Part shown: piece after piece, positions 56,347 to 64,000 of the stretch
Position numbering within the stretch: the first letter of the stretch is position 1
Layout: each line of letters begins with the position of its first letter
Source: a virus
Taxonomy: Duplodnaviria > Heunggongvirae > Uroviricota > Caudoviricetes
Strand: one strand, 5' to 3'
DNA length: 64,000 bases
IMG/VR virus record: IMGVR_UViG_3300020451_002055
Notes under the pieces: generated by a model
Databases searched by the model: none
Told to the model about the DNA's origin: nothing
Seen by the model: only the letters and a program-made list of their open reading frames with translations
Position numbers and translations under genes: made by a program

Positions 56347-57585
56347 TTAGAGAAAATGTCTGCGAATAGCCTCATACGGAATCGTAAAGGTGATCCCTTC
56401 TTTGCCAAAGAATGCAGAGAAATCTTCGGAAGCAGTATACCCGTCATCTGCTGTTTCCTGTTTATCTTCTACAAACGCGCTTTGAGCTTCAGCTTTCTCT
56501 TCGGTGATTCTTGGTTTAGAACGAGGAAAGTCTTCATAGCGCTCTTTTGGTTCGATGTAGATGCCGTCGTCTAAAGCTTCAATGCTCGGCTTGAGATGCT
56601 CCTGCATGTACTTCTTGACATCTGCAACGTTCTTGTCGCTTGCAAGGCCATACCAGAGGTAGCAGCCATGGCAACTGTTCGAGTATGCTTGGTCAAGAGC
56701 AGTCTGCATGATCGGAGAGAGCAGCATCTTACCAAAATGAGGAGACTGCCTGTTTGAGAACTGCATAGGATAGAAAGGGAATATCTCTTTCTTGTTGTCT
56801 CCAATCGCAAGAGCTATTTCCCAAGTCTCCTTCAGTATTGAGTCAATAAGCTTGCGGTAATCGGATAGCAGAACGCCTTGTTCTTCATCGATGTTCCGAT
56901 CAAGCTCGAAAGGGATTCGAGGAACAAGAAGATCGACTTCCTCGTAGAGCCAATACATATCTGCATTGTCGTCTTTGTACTCAGCGTTTTCAGAGCCATC
57001 TGGCATATACGGTCCGTATATATGACCTAGGACGCCTATCTTAGCTTGAGGCCTAACTTCTCTTATGGCCCGTATTGTCTCGGTAAAGAACTCTGCAACC
57101 GTCATCTCATACGTTGTTGCCATTTTGTTGTAGAACAAGTCTTTCCCGCGAGATTTCCATTGAGAGCATTTCTCAGGATTGACTTCTTCCCAGGTTTCAA
57201 CCCAATCATCTTGGAAATCGTAGTCATTGTCATCGTAGTCGCCGCAACCGCCGAACTCGGTTCCATCGCAGTCGTTGCGGGTGTTTCTCCATAAAGGACT
57301 CCAAATATCGAAATCCAGAATAATGTTACCTTCAAACTTCTTTGGGACAGCCTTTTCAATGTCTGCTCTAAGCTTTTCTAGGTGGCTGCCAAGAAGCGAT
57401 GGATCCTTTATGAGCATATGAGGACCGGCAGTTGGATACAGTCCTACTCGATTATGCAGAAACAAGAAATCCTGCTGAGGCGGCAAGCCGGTATTTCTGA
57501 AGTCAAAAACAGAGTTGACAAGGGTAGGCCAAGGGCGATACATCGGACTGACCGTCATTAGCGGTCTGGGATTGAACTCTGACAT
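56347..57585 (-). CDS. hypothetical protein (possible TIM-barrel glycoside hydrolase)
   Basis: 412-aa ORF; no confident motif. Confidence 0.45.
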   Translation of the reverse strand: MSEFNPRPLMTVSPMYRPWPTLVNSVFDFRNTGLPPQQDFLFLHNRVGLYPTAGPHMLIKDPSLLGSHLEKLRADIEKAVPKKFEGNIILDFDIWSPLWRNTRNDCDGTEFGGCGDYDDNDYDFQDDWVETWEEVNPEKCSQWKSRGKDLFYNKMATTYEMTVAEFFTETIRAIREVRPQAKIGVLGHIYGPYMPDGSENAEYKDDNADMYWLYEEVDLLVPRIPFELDRNIDEEQGVLLSDYRKLIDSILKETWEIALAIGDNKKEIFPFYPMQFSNRQSPHFGKMLLSPIMQTALDQAYSNSCHGCYLWYGLASDKNVADVKKYMQEHLKPSIEALDDGIYIEPKERYEDFPRSKPRITEEKAEAQSAFVEDKQETADDGYTASEDFSAFFGKEGITFTIPYEAIRRHFL

Positions 57586-57699
57586 GATCTTTCTCCAAAT
57601 CTAAGCGTGTATCTTCTGATCGGCTGTTTGAGTGAATCCGATGAAACGAAGATGAATAGGATTCCTCTGCCAGTTCTCATTCGCAACAACTTCACTTCC

Positions 57700-58293
57700 A
57701 TGAGCGAAGAATACGAAGCATTCGCTCGCGAAAAAGACGGCTGTAGAACCTGTTCCCTCTACGAGCATTATCATCAAGTCGTCCAATCAGAAGGCAACGC
57801 CGAGAATCCCACGTTCATGATTATCGGAGAAGCGCCGGGAGCAGATGAGGCCGAAAAGGGAAGACCCTTTATAGGAAAGGCCGGGCAGCGACTAAGAAAA
57901 TCTCTCTACCGCCATAAAGATGTTTTCAACAAGAAGACTACGCTCATTTCAAACGTAGTCGCTTGCAGACCAGAAGCCAACAAGTTTCCTAAAACAGAAG
58001 AACCGCAAGCATGCTACGAGATGTGGCTCAAACGAGAAATTGGGATCGTACAGCCGGAGATACTCATTCTTCTCGGCAATCAATCTCTCAGTTATGTCCG
58101 AGGAGAAACGGGTATAACGAGGCTGAGAGGTCAATGGGAGTGGATAGATGAGCTGTCTGTCACCTCATTCGCCACATATCACCCGTCATACGTCATGCGA
58201 TGCGAAAATGGCATGAACAAAGAAGTAGGGACGCAGTTTGAAGCGGACATAGATACACTTGCAGAGGAGGGCAGAAAGATACTGCAAGTGTAA
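57700..58293 (+). CDS. uracil-DNA glycosylase, family 4
   Basis: CRTCSL (Fe-S), GEAPG, GRPFIGKAG and HPS motifs. The ATG at 57700 fits the family's N-terminal length; the track ORF begins at an upstream GTG. Confidence 0.75.
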   Translation: MSEEYEAFAREKDGCRTCSLYEHYHQVVQSEGNAENPTFMIIGEAPGADEAEKGRPFIGKAGQRLRKSLYRHKDVFNKKTTLISNVVACRPEANKFPKTEEPQACYEMWLKREIGIVQPEILILLGNQSLSYVRGETGITRLRGQWEWIDELSVTSFATYHPSYVMRCENGMNKEVGTQFEADIDTLAEEGRKILQV

Positions 58294-58337
58294 CCCATCC
58301 ACGATAAAGTAGTTAGCTGAAACCCAAAGAGGTAGCC

Positions 58338-58889
58338 ATGCAGAACGATACGCAAACCAGACAGAAAGCAGCGGTAGAGACTGATACCGTTGAAGTCTCT
58401 TCCAAGAAGGGGCGGAACTATTCCTTTACTCATCGAGCGGATTCAACTCTAGATGCTGTTGAAACTGATGATGATCAGGTCTATGTTATTCCTGCTCAGC
58501 CAGGTTCTACATATTGGGCGATTCTAAGAATCGTCTACGAACACGCGGATCAACCCTTGACCGCTAACCAGATCATAGATGAAGTTGCAGAGCTTCTTGA
58601 GGATCGGGATCCTGACAAATGGGAGAAGTATAAGAACAAGGGGTCGATAACGACTCATAAGGACGGCAAGCAGGTTCAAAAACCTGCGAATGACTGGCGG
58701 AAAAGGATCGAGACCAACATCAAGACCCTAACCCGGTCTGGCGGCAGCAACCCCTACGGCAAGCGGCTAATAGAGAGAGGTCACATCTTGAGATGGGAAC
58801 CGAATCTCCTTGGGGGTCAGGGGGCCTTTATCCTTCGTACCACGACGAACGAGCCTTTGCCCAAGAAGTCGAAAAAGGCTGAGGACTAA
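58338..58889 (+). CDS. hypothetical protein, paralog of 8443..9165
   Basis: Shared HKDGK ... TLTRSGGSNPYGKRL and YWAIL blocks. Confidence 0.5.
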   Translation: MQNDTQTRQKAAVETDTVEVSSKKGRNYSFTHRADSTLDAVETDDDQVYVIPAQPGSTYWAILRIVYEHADQPLTANQIIDEVAELLEDRDPDKWEKYKNKGSITTHKDGKQVQKPANDWRKRIETNIKTLTRSGGSNPYGKRLIERGHILRWEPNLLGGQGAFILRTTTNEPLPKKSKKAED

Positions 58890-58937
58890 TCCCAATATGA
58901 CCGAATATAGACTTAGGCTCTAACAAAGGAGGTAGCC

Positions 58938-59141
58938 ATGTTTCTATTCGGATTTCTAACAGGTGCAGTTGTCACGGGCGTCGTATTCATCATTTTCTAC
59001 AAGAACAACCTGAACACCCTTGCCAAGGCTCGACAGGCTCTTGTCGATGTATACGACAGGGTTGGAGATAAGGTAGGCGATATCGTTGAAGGCGTTGATA
59101 AAAAGGTTGACAAGAAGCTGCAGGAACGAAAGCAGCAGTAA
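58938..59141 (+). CDS. small membrane protein
   Basis: 67 aa with an N-terminal TM helix. Confidence 0.4.
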   Translation: MFLFGFLTGAVVTGVVFIIFYKNNLNTLAKARQALVDVYDRVGDKVGDIVEGVDKKVDKKLQERKQQ

Positions 59142-59150
59142 AGGCAGACG

Positions 59151-59459
59151 ATGATACAACTCAACGATTGGAGCCTCGATGTTTCGATACTCCATCAGAC
59201 GCAGCAAGAAGACCGTTTCGCAGTATCTTTAGTCGGAAAAGTAATAGGCCATCCATCAAGACCCGATGGACAGGTTGTTACCACTTCTCCGGTTATCGCG
59301 CTTGAAAAGCGAGTAGCGACTACGCATAGCGGTAGTCGCTATTTACTTGGTGAACCGAGTGATCGATACATTGAACTTTGTCGATCAAACGGCCTACCAA
59401 TCCCAACTGAAGAACAGCCATTCCCATTTCAAGGAGAAAACAATGAGCAGTCGCACTAA
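59151..59459 (+). CDS. hypothetical protein
   Basis: 102 aa. Confidence 0.4.
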   Translation: MIQLNDWSLDVSILHQTQQEDRFAVSLVGKVIGHPSRPDGQVVTTSPVIALEKRVATTHSGSRYLLGEPSDRYIELCRSNGLPIPTEEQPFPFQGENNEQSH

Positions 59460-60198
59460 GATTTACCATGTCATCCTACTAGATAGATCGGGCTCTATGT
59501 CGTCCATCGCAGCAGAAGCCCGTACTGGCTTCAACGAAGTCGTTCAGCAGATCAAGGAAGACGCCAAGACCTATGAAGATACGCAGGAGCATCTCGCATG
59601 TCTCGTTACCTTCAATGGCGGCGTCGAAAAGGTCTTCTGGCTAGAAGATATCGCCAACCTCGAAGAGATCAACGAGAAGACTTACCGTCCCGGCGGCGGC
59701 ACGGCCCTTCGAGACGCTATCGGTATCACTATCTCTGATATCGAGACTGATCTCAAATCGCAGATCGAAGCCGGTTCTGATATCAAGATATTCATGACTG
59801 TCATTACCGATGGTCAGGATACTGCATCTCGCGAATACAACAACGATGCCATCAAGACCGCTATCGAGGGGCTCAAGCAGGACGAGGAAAGCAGCCCATG
59901 GACGCTTAGTCTTGTTGGAGCCAACATCGACGCCGTTACGACCGGCGGAGGCTTTGGTATGCGAGCAGGTATGTCTACGAACTTCGATGCGAATGCAGTC
60001 GGAACGCAGTCGGCATTCAATACAATGAGAGCAACCCGAGGAACCTATTCTAAAGGTCTTGCCGCAGGTTACTCGAAGTTCGAGACCGATCAGCTTGTTG
60101 CTCATACGAGTTCGGTTGGTCGAGATTTGGACGATTCTGAGATGGATGAGTTTGTTAAGAATCTTCGAGATCAGGACGACAGCAAAGCAAGCGACTGA
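59443..60198 (+). CDS. von Willebrand factor A domain protein
   Basis: ATG at 59443 with AAGGAG RBS. MIDAS ILLDRSGSM. Confidence 0.6.
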   Translation: MSSRTKIYHVILLDRSGSMSSIAAEARTGFNEVVQQIKEDAKTYEDTQEHLACLVTFNGGVEKVFWLEDIANLEEINEKTYRPGGGTALRDAIGITISDIETDLKSQIEAGSDIKIFMTVITDGQDTASREYNNDAIKTAIEGLKQDEESSPWTLSLVGANIDAVTTGGGFGMRAGMSTNFDANAVGTQSAFNTMRATRGTYSKGLAAGYSKFETDQLVAHTSSVGRDLDDSEMDEFVKNLRDQDDSKASD

Positions 60199-60431
60199 TG
60201 GTAAACCGCTGCGTATGCATGGACTGCCGTTTCTCAGAAGTGCTTCGCAGGCACGACGAGGGCCAATCTCTAGACGAGATCGTCGATGAGACCGGTTGCG
60301 GGACAGTCTGCGGCATGTGTCAGCCTTATATCAAACTGTCGATTCTTACCAATCGATCAGAACTCGATCCGGGCTCTGTGGAAGCATCGAAAGATCAGAT
60401 AGCAGAGGTCGATGATCCTGACGGTTGGTAA
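60198..60431 (+). CDS. BFD-like [2Fe-2S]-binding domain protein
   Basis: CVCMDC ... CGTVCGMC cysteine pattern. Confidence 0.55.
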   Translation: MVNRCVCMDCRFSEVLRRHDEGQSLDEIVDETGCGTVCGMCQPYIKLSILTNRSELDPGSVEASKDQIAEVDDPDGW

Positions 60432-60434
60432 GTT

Positions 60435-60506
60435 GCGGGCGTAACTCAATGGTAGAGTGTCAGCCTTCCAAGCTGAATGTTGAGGGTTCGAGTCCCTTCG
60501 CCCGCT
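60435..60506 (+). tRNA. tRNA-Gly (anticodon UCC), CCA not encoded
   Basis: Hand-folded cloverleaf. Acceptor GCGGGCG/CGCCCGC, D arm ACTC/GAGT, anticodon stem TCAGC/GCTGA with loop CTTCCAA, and T arm GAGGG-TTCGAGT-CCCTT. Confidence 0.85.
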
Positions 60507-60522
60507 TTAAGGAGTATGACAA

Positions 60523-60885
60523 ATGGCAAGATCGTTGCTTGACCGAATAGGTCTCGATTCGGATTCGTTCATCTTCGTTCTCATAATCGGAGCGATGGTG
60601 TTTCCAATGCTCATCTTACCTTTCGTTGGAATCGCGGAAAGCGAGAATGAGGCAAAGGTCAAGATAGCAGAAGCCGAAGCCGCTGCTGCTCAGGCCAAAG
60701 TCATTCAATGGATCGGCATGGATGCTGTTCAATCTATCGATGCCGATAGTCTCGTTCTAACTGAAGATGAGAGCAAGGGAATACATATGCTGGTCGTTGT
60801 CAATGATGGCAACGTAACGCAGTACTATGTCAACCAATCGGAAGTCTCTCAGGTTCAGTCCTACATCGACCAGAGGGGAAACTGA
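60523..60885 (+). CDS. membrane protein
   Basis: 120 aa with an N-terminal TM helix. Confidence 0.45.
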   Translation: MARSLLDRIGLDSDSFIFVLIIGAMVFPMLILPFVGIAESENEAKVKIAEAEAAAAQAKVIQWIGMDAVQSIDADSLVLTEDESKGIHMLVVVNDGNVTQYYVNQSEVSQVQSYIDQRGN

Positions 60886-60887
60886 GT

Positions 60888-61139
60888 ATGAACTTTGAAG
60901 GTTCAAGAGAAGAGTTTGAGGAGCTAGAGAAGCTGACTGCTGATGAGGCTGTAGAAAAGCTTCTTGACTACCCGAATGTGTTTCAGAGCAGGTCCGAAGT
61001 CAAGGAAACATCGAGTGCTCCCTGCTTCTACCTGCAACGCATTCCTGCTGGAGGTATGGCGACTATGGATTTCGTCGAGCAGCGAATCAGAGTTTGGGAA
61101 AGCGAAGACGGAAACATTACCCGCATTGGGGTGGGCTGA
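60888..61139 (+). CDS. hypothetical protein
   Basis: 83 aa. Confidence 0.4.
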   Translation: MNFEGSREEFEELEKLTADEAVEKLLDYPNVFQSRSEVKETSSAPCFYLQRIPAGGMATMDFVEQRIRVWESEDGNITRIGVG

Positions 61140-61151
61140 GAGGAGAGGGAT

Positions 61152-61508
61152 TTGGGACTTGATTTTGACAGGTTGAGAGAAATGAACTGGCGGAGGGCTC
61201 AAGAGTTCTTCGGCGATACCGATGATTGGTCCATTCTCGAACGCTGCGGCGAGATGACTGGCGAAGCGGGTGAAGCCGCAAATGTCGCCAAGAAAATCAA
61301 GCGCGGGTGGAAGATGAAGAATGGTATAAAGACGCCATACGATCAGTCGGACTTGGATGCTCTGTTTGATGATTTGGCTGATGAGCTAGCAGATGTCATC
61401 ATTACCGCTGACCTCGCTGCTGCTCAGAACGACATCGACCTCGGAGCCCGCGTTGTGAAAAAGTTCAACGAGAAATCCGAAAAGTGGGGTTGCGAGCATC
61501 GGCTCTAA
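61152..61508 (+). CDS. MazG-like nucleotide pyrophosphohydrolase
   Basis: CGEMTGEAGEAANVAKKIKRG (E..GE...KK..R core) and downstream acidic LADELADV. Confidence 0.6.
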   Translation: MGLDFDRLREMNWRRAQEFFGDTDDWSILERCGEMTGEAGEAANVAKKIKRGWKMKNGIKTPYDQSDLDALFDDLADELADVIITADLAAAQNDIDLGARVVKKFNEKSEKWGCEHRL

Positions 61509-61522
61509 TAGAGAGGCATTGA

Positions 61523-61846
61523 ATGCTTGGAAAGGTCAGAACCGTGCTTGGCTTCATCAATACCGTCATCAACATCGTCCAGCTTGGTATCATGGGTAAA
61601 AAAGCCCTTGAGACCGATACTGGCAAGAAGGTCGTGAAGAAAACCGGCGATGTTGCAAAGGATGTTGCATGCGCCGGAGCGGAAGCGGGGACGACAGCCT
61701 ACCGTCATGTCTCAAAGACAGCGGGCACCGTTGTTGACGAGGTTGGCAATAGACTCAAGCGCAAGCCAAAGAAAAAGGACAGCGAGCAATCGCCCGGAGA
61801 AAGCGTTTGCGGCTGTCCTGAGGACTGCAACGAAGAAGGCCGTTAG
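61523..61846 (+). CDS. hypothetical protein
   Basis: 107 aa. Confidence 0.4.
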   Translation: MLGKVRTVLGFINTVINIVQLGIMGKKALETDTGKKVVKKTGDVAKDVACAGAEAGTTAYRHVSKTAGTVVDEVGNRLKRKPKKKDSEQSPGESVCGCPEDCNEEGR

Positions 61847-62322
61847 AAGCCTTCGGTAGCTGTAGTCGGGTACCTATTTCCATACAGATTTGATCGCCAA
61901 TCCTCTCCGTACTCCGCCTTATCGAGGGCGTAGTTGATATGAGGGATGTTGGTTTTCGCAAGAGCCTCTCGATCGATTTCGAGGGTTCTTTTTCTTAGGT
62001 AGCTAACGATCAAAACGTTCGGAGCTTGCTCATTCTCGCCTTCGGTAAACAGGTCTACAACTTCTTTGCATGCCTCAATGACCTTGCTATACATCTCTTT
62101 GCATCGAGAGACATCTTGCGCGGTTCCTCCGTAACGCCAGAACTGCTGAAATCGCATTGAACCATTGTTCCAGTTATAGACTTGCATCGAGATGGTATTC
62201 TGTCTATCCGTCTCAGTGATGAAGACCTTAACCTCATAACCATCGATCACCCATCTCTGGTAATCTCCGAAATCGTATTCCCAACGATCTTGCTTGAATG
62301 TTGCGGTCTTATACCAACTCAT
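61843..62322 (-). CDS. hypothetical protein
   Basis: 159 aa. Confidence 0.45.
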   Translation of the reverse strand: MSWYKTATFKQDRWEYDFGDYQRWVIDGYEVKVFITETDRQNTISMQVYNWNNGSMRFQQFWRYGGTAQDVSRCKEMYSKVIEACKEVVDLFTEGENEQAPNVLIVSYLRKRTLEIDREALAKTNIPHINYALDKAEYGEDWRSNLYGNRYPTTATEGF

Positions 62323-62635
62323 AGTTTGTTAGCCGTGCCTGTCTTACTCGAATCTCGCTGTTCGGATGGTTTGGGTCGCCTTCGATAATGTCTTCTGCAT
62401 TGTAGGTGTATGTCAGAAGCATGTCTTGATCGTCTGTTAATCCAGAATAGTAGTTCATGCAGAATTCTCTGGTTGTTCCAAGGAATACGCCTTGACCTTC
62501 CATTTGAGTTGTTGAACCTATGCTGATATCTATCGTCTGATTCTGATCATACAATGAGTAGGCTCTCTGACCATCCCATGCGACCATCTTGTAGCCGTTG
62601 TATTGTTGCTGTTGAGCCCTCTTATACCATCCCAT
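62309..62635 (-). CDS. hypothetical protein
   Basis: 108 aa. Confidence 0.4.
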   Translation of the reverse strand: MGWYKRAQQQQYNGYKMVAWDGQRAYSLYDQNQTIDISIGSTTQMEGQGVFLGTTREFCMNYYSGLTDDQDMLLTYTYNAEDIIEGDPNHPNSEIRVRQARLTNYELV

Positions 62636-62664
62636 GACTATTCCTCAGAACCGCGGAAAATCCT

Positions 62665-62970
62665 CTAGCAGTTCCAACGCTTGCGGGACTTGCAGATTGG
62701 CTTGTCAGGAGTCTCGCTACAGTTGATGTTGTGATCATCCATCTGTCCCTTTGATCGAGCGCAATAAGAGTCTTGCCTCTTCTTGCGTTCACCGCTTGGT
62801 TTATCCTTAGTTACCGGAGCCTTCAGATCGCTGCCCGGATTCTCTCTTTCATACGACTTGCGGCCCTTTTCGTTGAGGCCTCCCTTGTCGCTTTTGCCCT
62901 CTTCTCGTTGCCAGGCAGGACTTTCCTTCGCAATGACATTTAGATACGATTGGCTCTGTATAGACTTCAT
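62665..62970 (-). CDS. basic Cys-containing small protein
   Basis: 101 aa, Lys/Arg-rich. Confidence 0.35.
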   Translation of the reverse strand: MKSIQSQSYLNVIAKESPAWQREEGKSDKGGLNEKGRKSYERENPGSDLKAPVTKDKPSGERKKRQDSYCARSKGQMDDHNINCSETPDKPICKSRKRWNC

Positions 62971-63753
62971 AGCTTCCTCCGATGGTGTTATTTTCGGCAG
63001 TTTGCGTCGATGGACCTTCTAGTGAAATGGAGATATGCCTTTCCATTTCAGACGATGAGGAAAGCTATGAATGAGATCATGTATGAAGACCTAGAGACGC
63101 TACCGTCATTCACGCCTCAGTTTCCGACTGAAGAGATATACAACTACCGTAGCTATTTGACGCCTGAAGGCGTTTCTTATTTCGTCAAGGACCGGAGCAT
63201 CGATCCTACTCTTCCTGTTGATTCTTATGCTCATATAGACCCTCTTATGAGGTATTTCGTCTATCTGATGCATGTCAACGGCATGTTCGTAACCGCTGCA
63301 TGGCAAGGGGTTTCGGATCCAAAGGAATACTTTGACAAGCTCAAGGTTCATGAGCAGCAGATTCAAAGAGCCGGAATGCAGATGTTCGACTTCTTCTCAG
63401 GAGCAGAGTTCTTTTTTAAGGACAAGTCGTATCGAGCCCCATTCTCTACGATTGAAGATTTTACTGCCTTGGGAGACGAAGTTCGCAATGACCGCATAGG
63501 TCTTCTTGTGCCAGCGAAAAACGCCAAGGTCGTTAAGAATCTTTCTGCAGAACCATACGAGACAGGATTGACTTCTATCTCGTATGAAAGAGAGCTAGAC
63601 ATTGACGGCACTAAGTTTGCCTATTACCCCATTTCAGTACGAAGAGAAGACGACCGGTCAAGAATGGTGGAATGGCGTCAGTTATCTTCATGGATATTGT
63701 CGAACCTTGAGAAGAAGGCAGTACTTGATGAGAGTTATCTTAGCAGGCGGTAG
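62950..63753 (+). CDS. hypothetical protein
   Basis: 267 aa. Confidence 0.45.
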   Translation: MALYRLHSFLRWCYFRQFASMDLLVKWRYAFPFQTMRKAMNEIMYEDLETLPSFTPQFPTEEIYNYRSYLTPEGVSYFVKDRSIDPTLPVDSYAHIDPLMRYFVYLMHVNGMFVTAAWQGVSDPKEYFDKLKVHEQQIQRAGMQMFDFFSGAEFFFKDKSYRAPFSTIEDFTALGDEVRNDRIGLLVPAKNAKVVKNLSAEPYETGLTSISYERELDIDGTKFAYYPISVRREDDRSRMVEWRQLSSWILSNLEKKAVLDESYLSRR

Positions 63754-64000
63754 AGACTTTTCTGACTATGACGGAATGGTCCAAGGCATCGCAGACTCAG
63801 GCTTTGAAATAAGCCAAGTCGTTTCAGGAGGGGCACGAGGCGCTGATGCCCTTGGAGAGAAGTACGCTAAGAAGAACGGCATCGAACTGAATATCTTTCC
63901 CGCGGATTGGGAACAGTTCGGTAAGGCGGCGGGTCATATTCGCAACGCAGAAATGGCAGACAATGCAGATGCTCTGATTGCTTTCTGGGACGGAGAATCT
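63728..64000 (+). CDS. DprA/SLOG-like Rossmann-fold protein (partial, runs off window end)
   Basis: VVSGGARGADALGE ... GHIRNAEMADNADALIAFWDG matches the DprA/Smf-like G.A.G.D ... RN core. Confidence 0.45.
   Translation, partial: MRVILAGGRDFSDYDGMVQGIADSGFEISQVVSGGARGADALGEKYAKKNGIELNIFPADWEQFGKAAGHIRNAEMADNADALIAFWDGES

Overview
This window reads as a segment of a large (jumbo-type) bacteriophage or phage-like mobile genome. Coding density is about 90%, almost all on the minus strand. There are short plus-strand blocks at 9.4-10.3 kb, 46.8 kb and 57.6-64 kb. GC content is mosaic: roughly 60-65% in the first 9 kb and in the SPFH gene near 31-33 kb, against roughly 45-50% elsewhere. Recognisable functions, all called from motifs read directly in the ORF translations, fall into seven groups. 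Replication/repair: a DnaB/RecA-fold helicase, a MutL/MORC-like GHKL ATPase, a family-4 uracil-DNA glycosylase, MazG, Nudix and a lambda-type metallophosphatase. RNA repair: RtcB, an Rnl2-like ligase, TilS, tRNA-Gly(UCC) and a P-loop kinase. DNA modification: three DNA methyltransferases, dCMP deaminase and a deoxyribosyltransferase-like protein. Signalling: a soluble PAS-histidine kinase with two stand-alone receiver proteins. Membrane: an 8-kb module with an SPFH/flotillin-like protein, a CPBP protease and paralogous C-terminally anchored proteins, plus a separate rhomboid protease. Metal/assembly: a MoxR AAA+ ATPase paired with a VWA-HExxH protein, a ferritin-like protein, a BFD-like protein and a VWA protein. 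Virion-related: a ClpP-family protease, an HNH endonuclease and a LamG-like structural protein. Five things are not explained by standard annotation. First, a paralogous family of at least ten proteins sharing a C-terminal 'C..(S/T)MLT..G(R/N)(E/D)V.V' motif. Second, a direct-repeat array (CCATTCGGTGCTA, six copies) next to a degenerate Fic protein and an ABC-ATPase/TM two-gene module. Third, an exact 14-mer (CACCCATCTTTCTC) present four times, only in intergenic DNA. Fourth, the phage-borne two-component system. Fifth, the unusual membrane-protease block. No terminase, portal or major capsid gene could be positively identified in this window.
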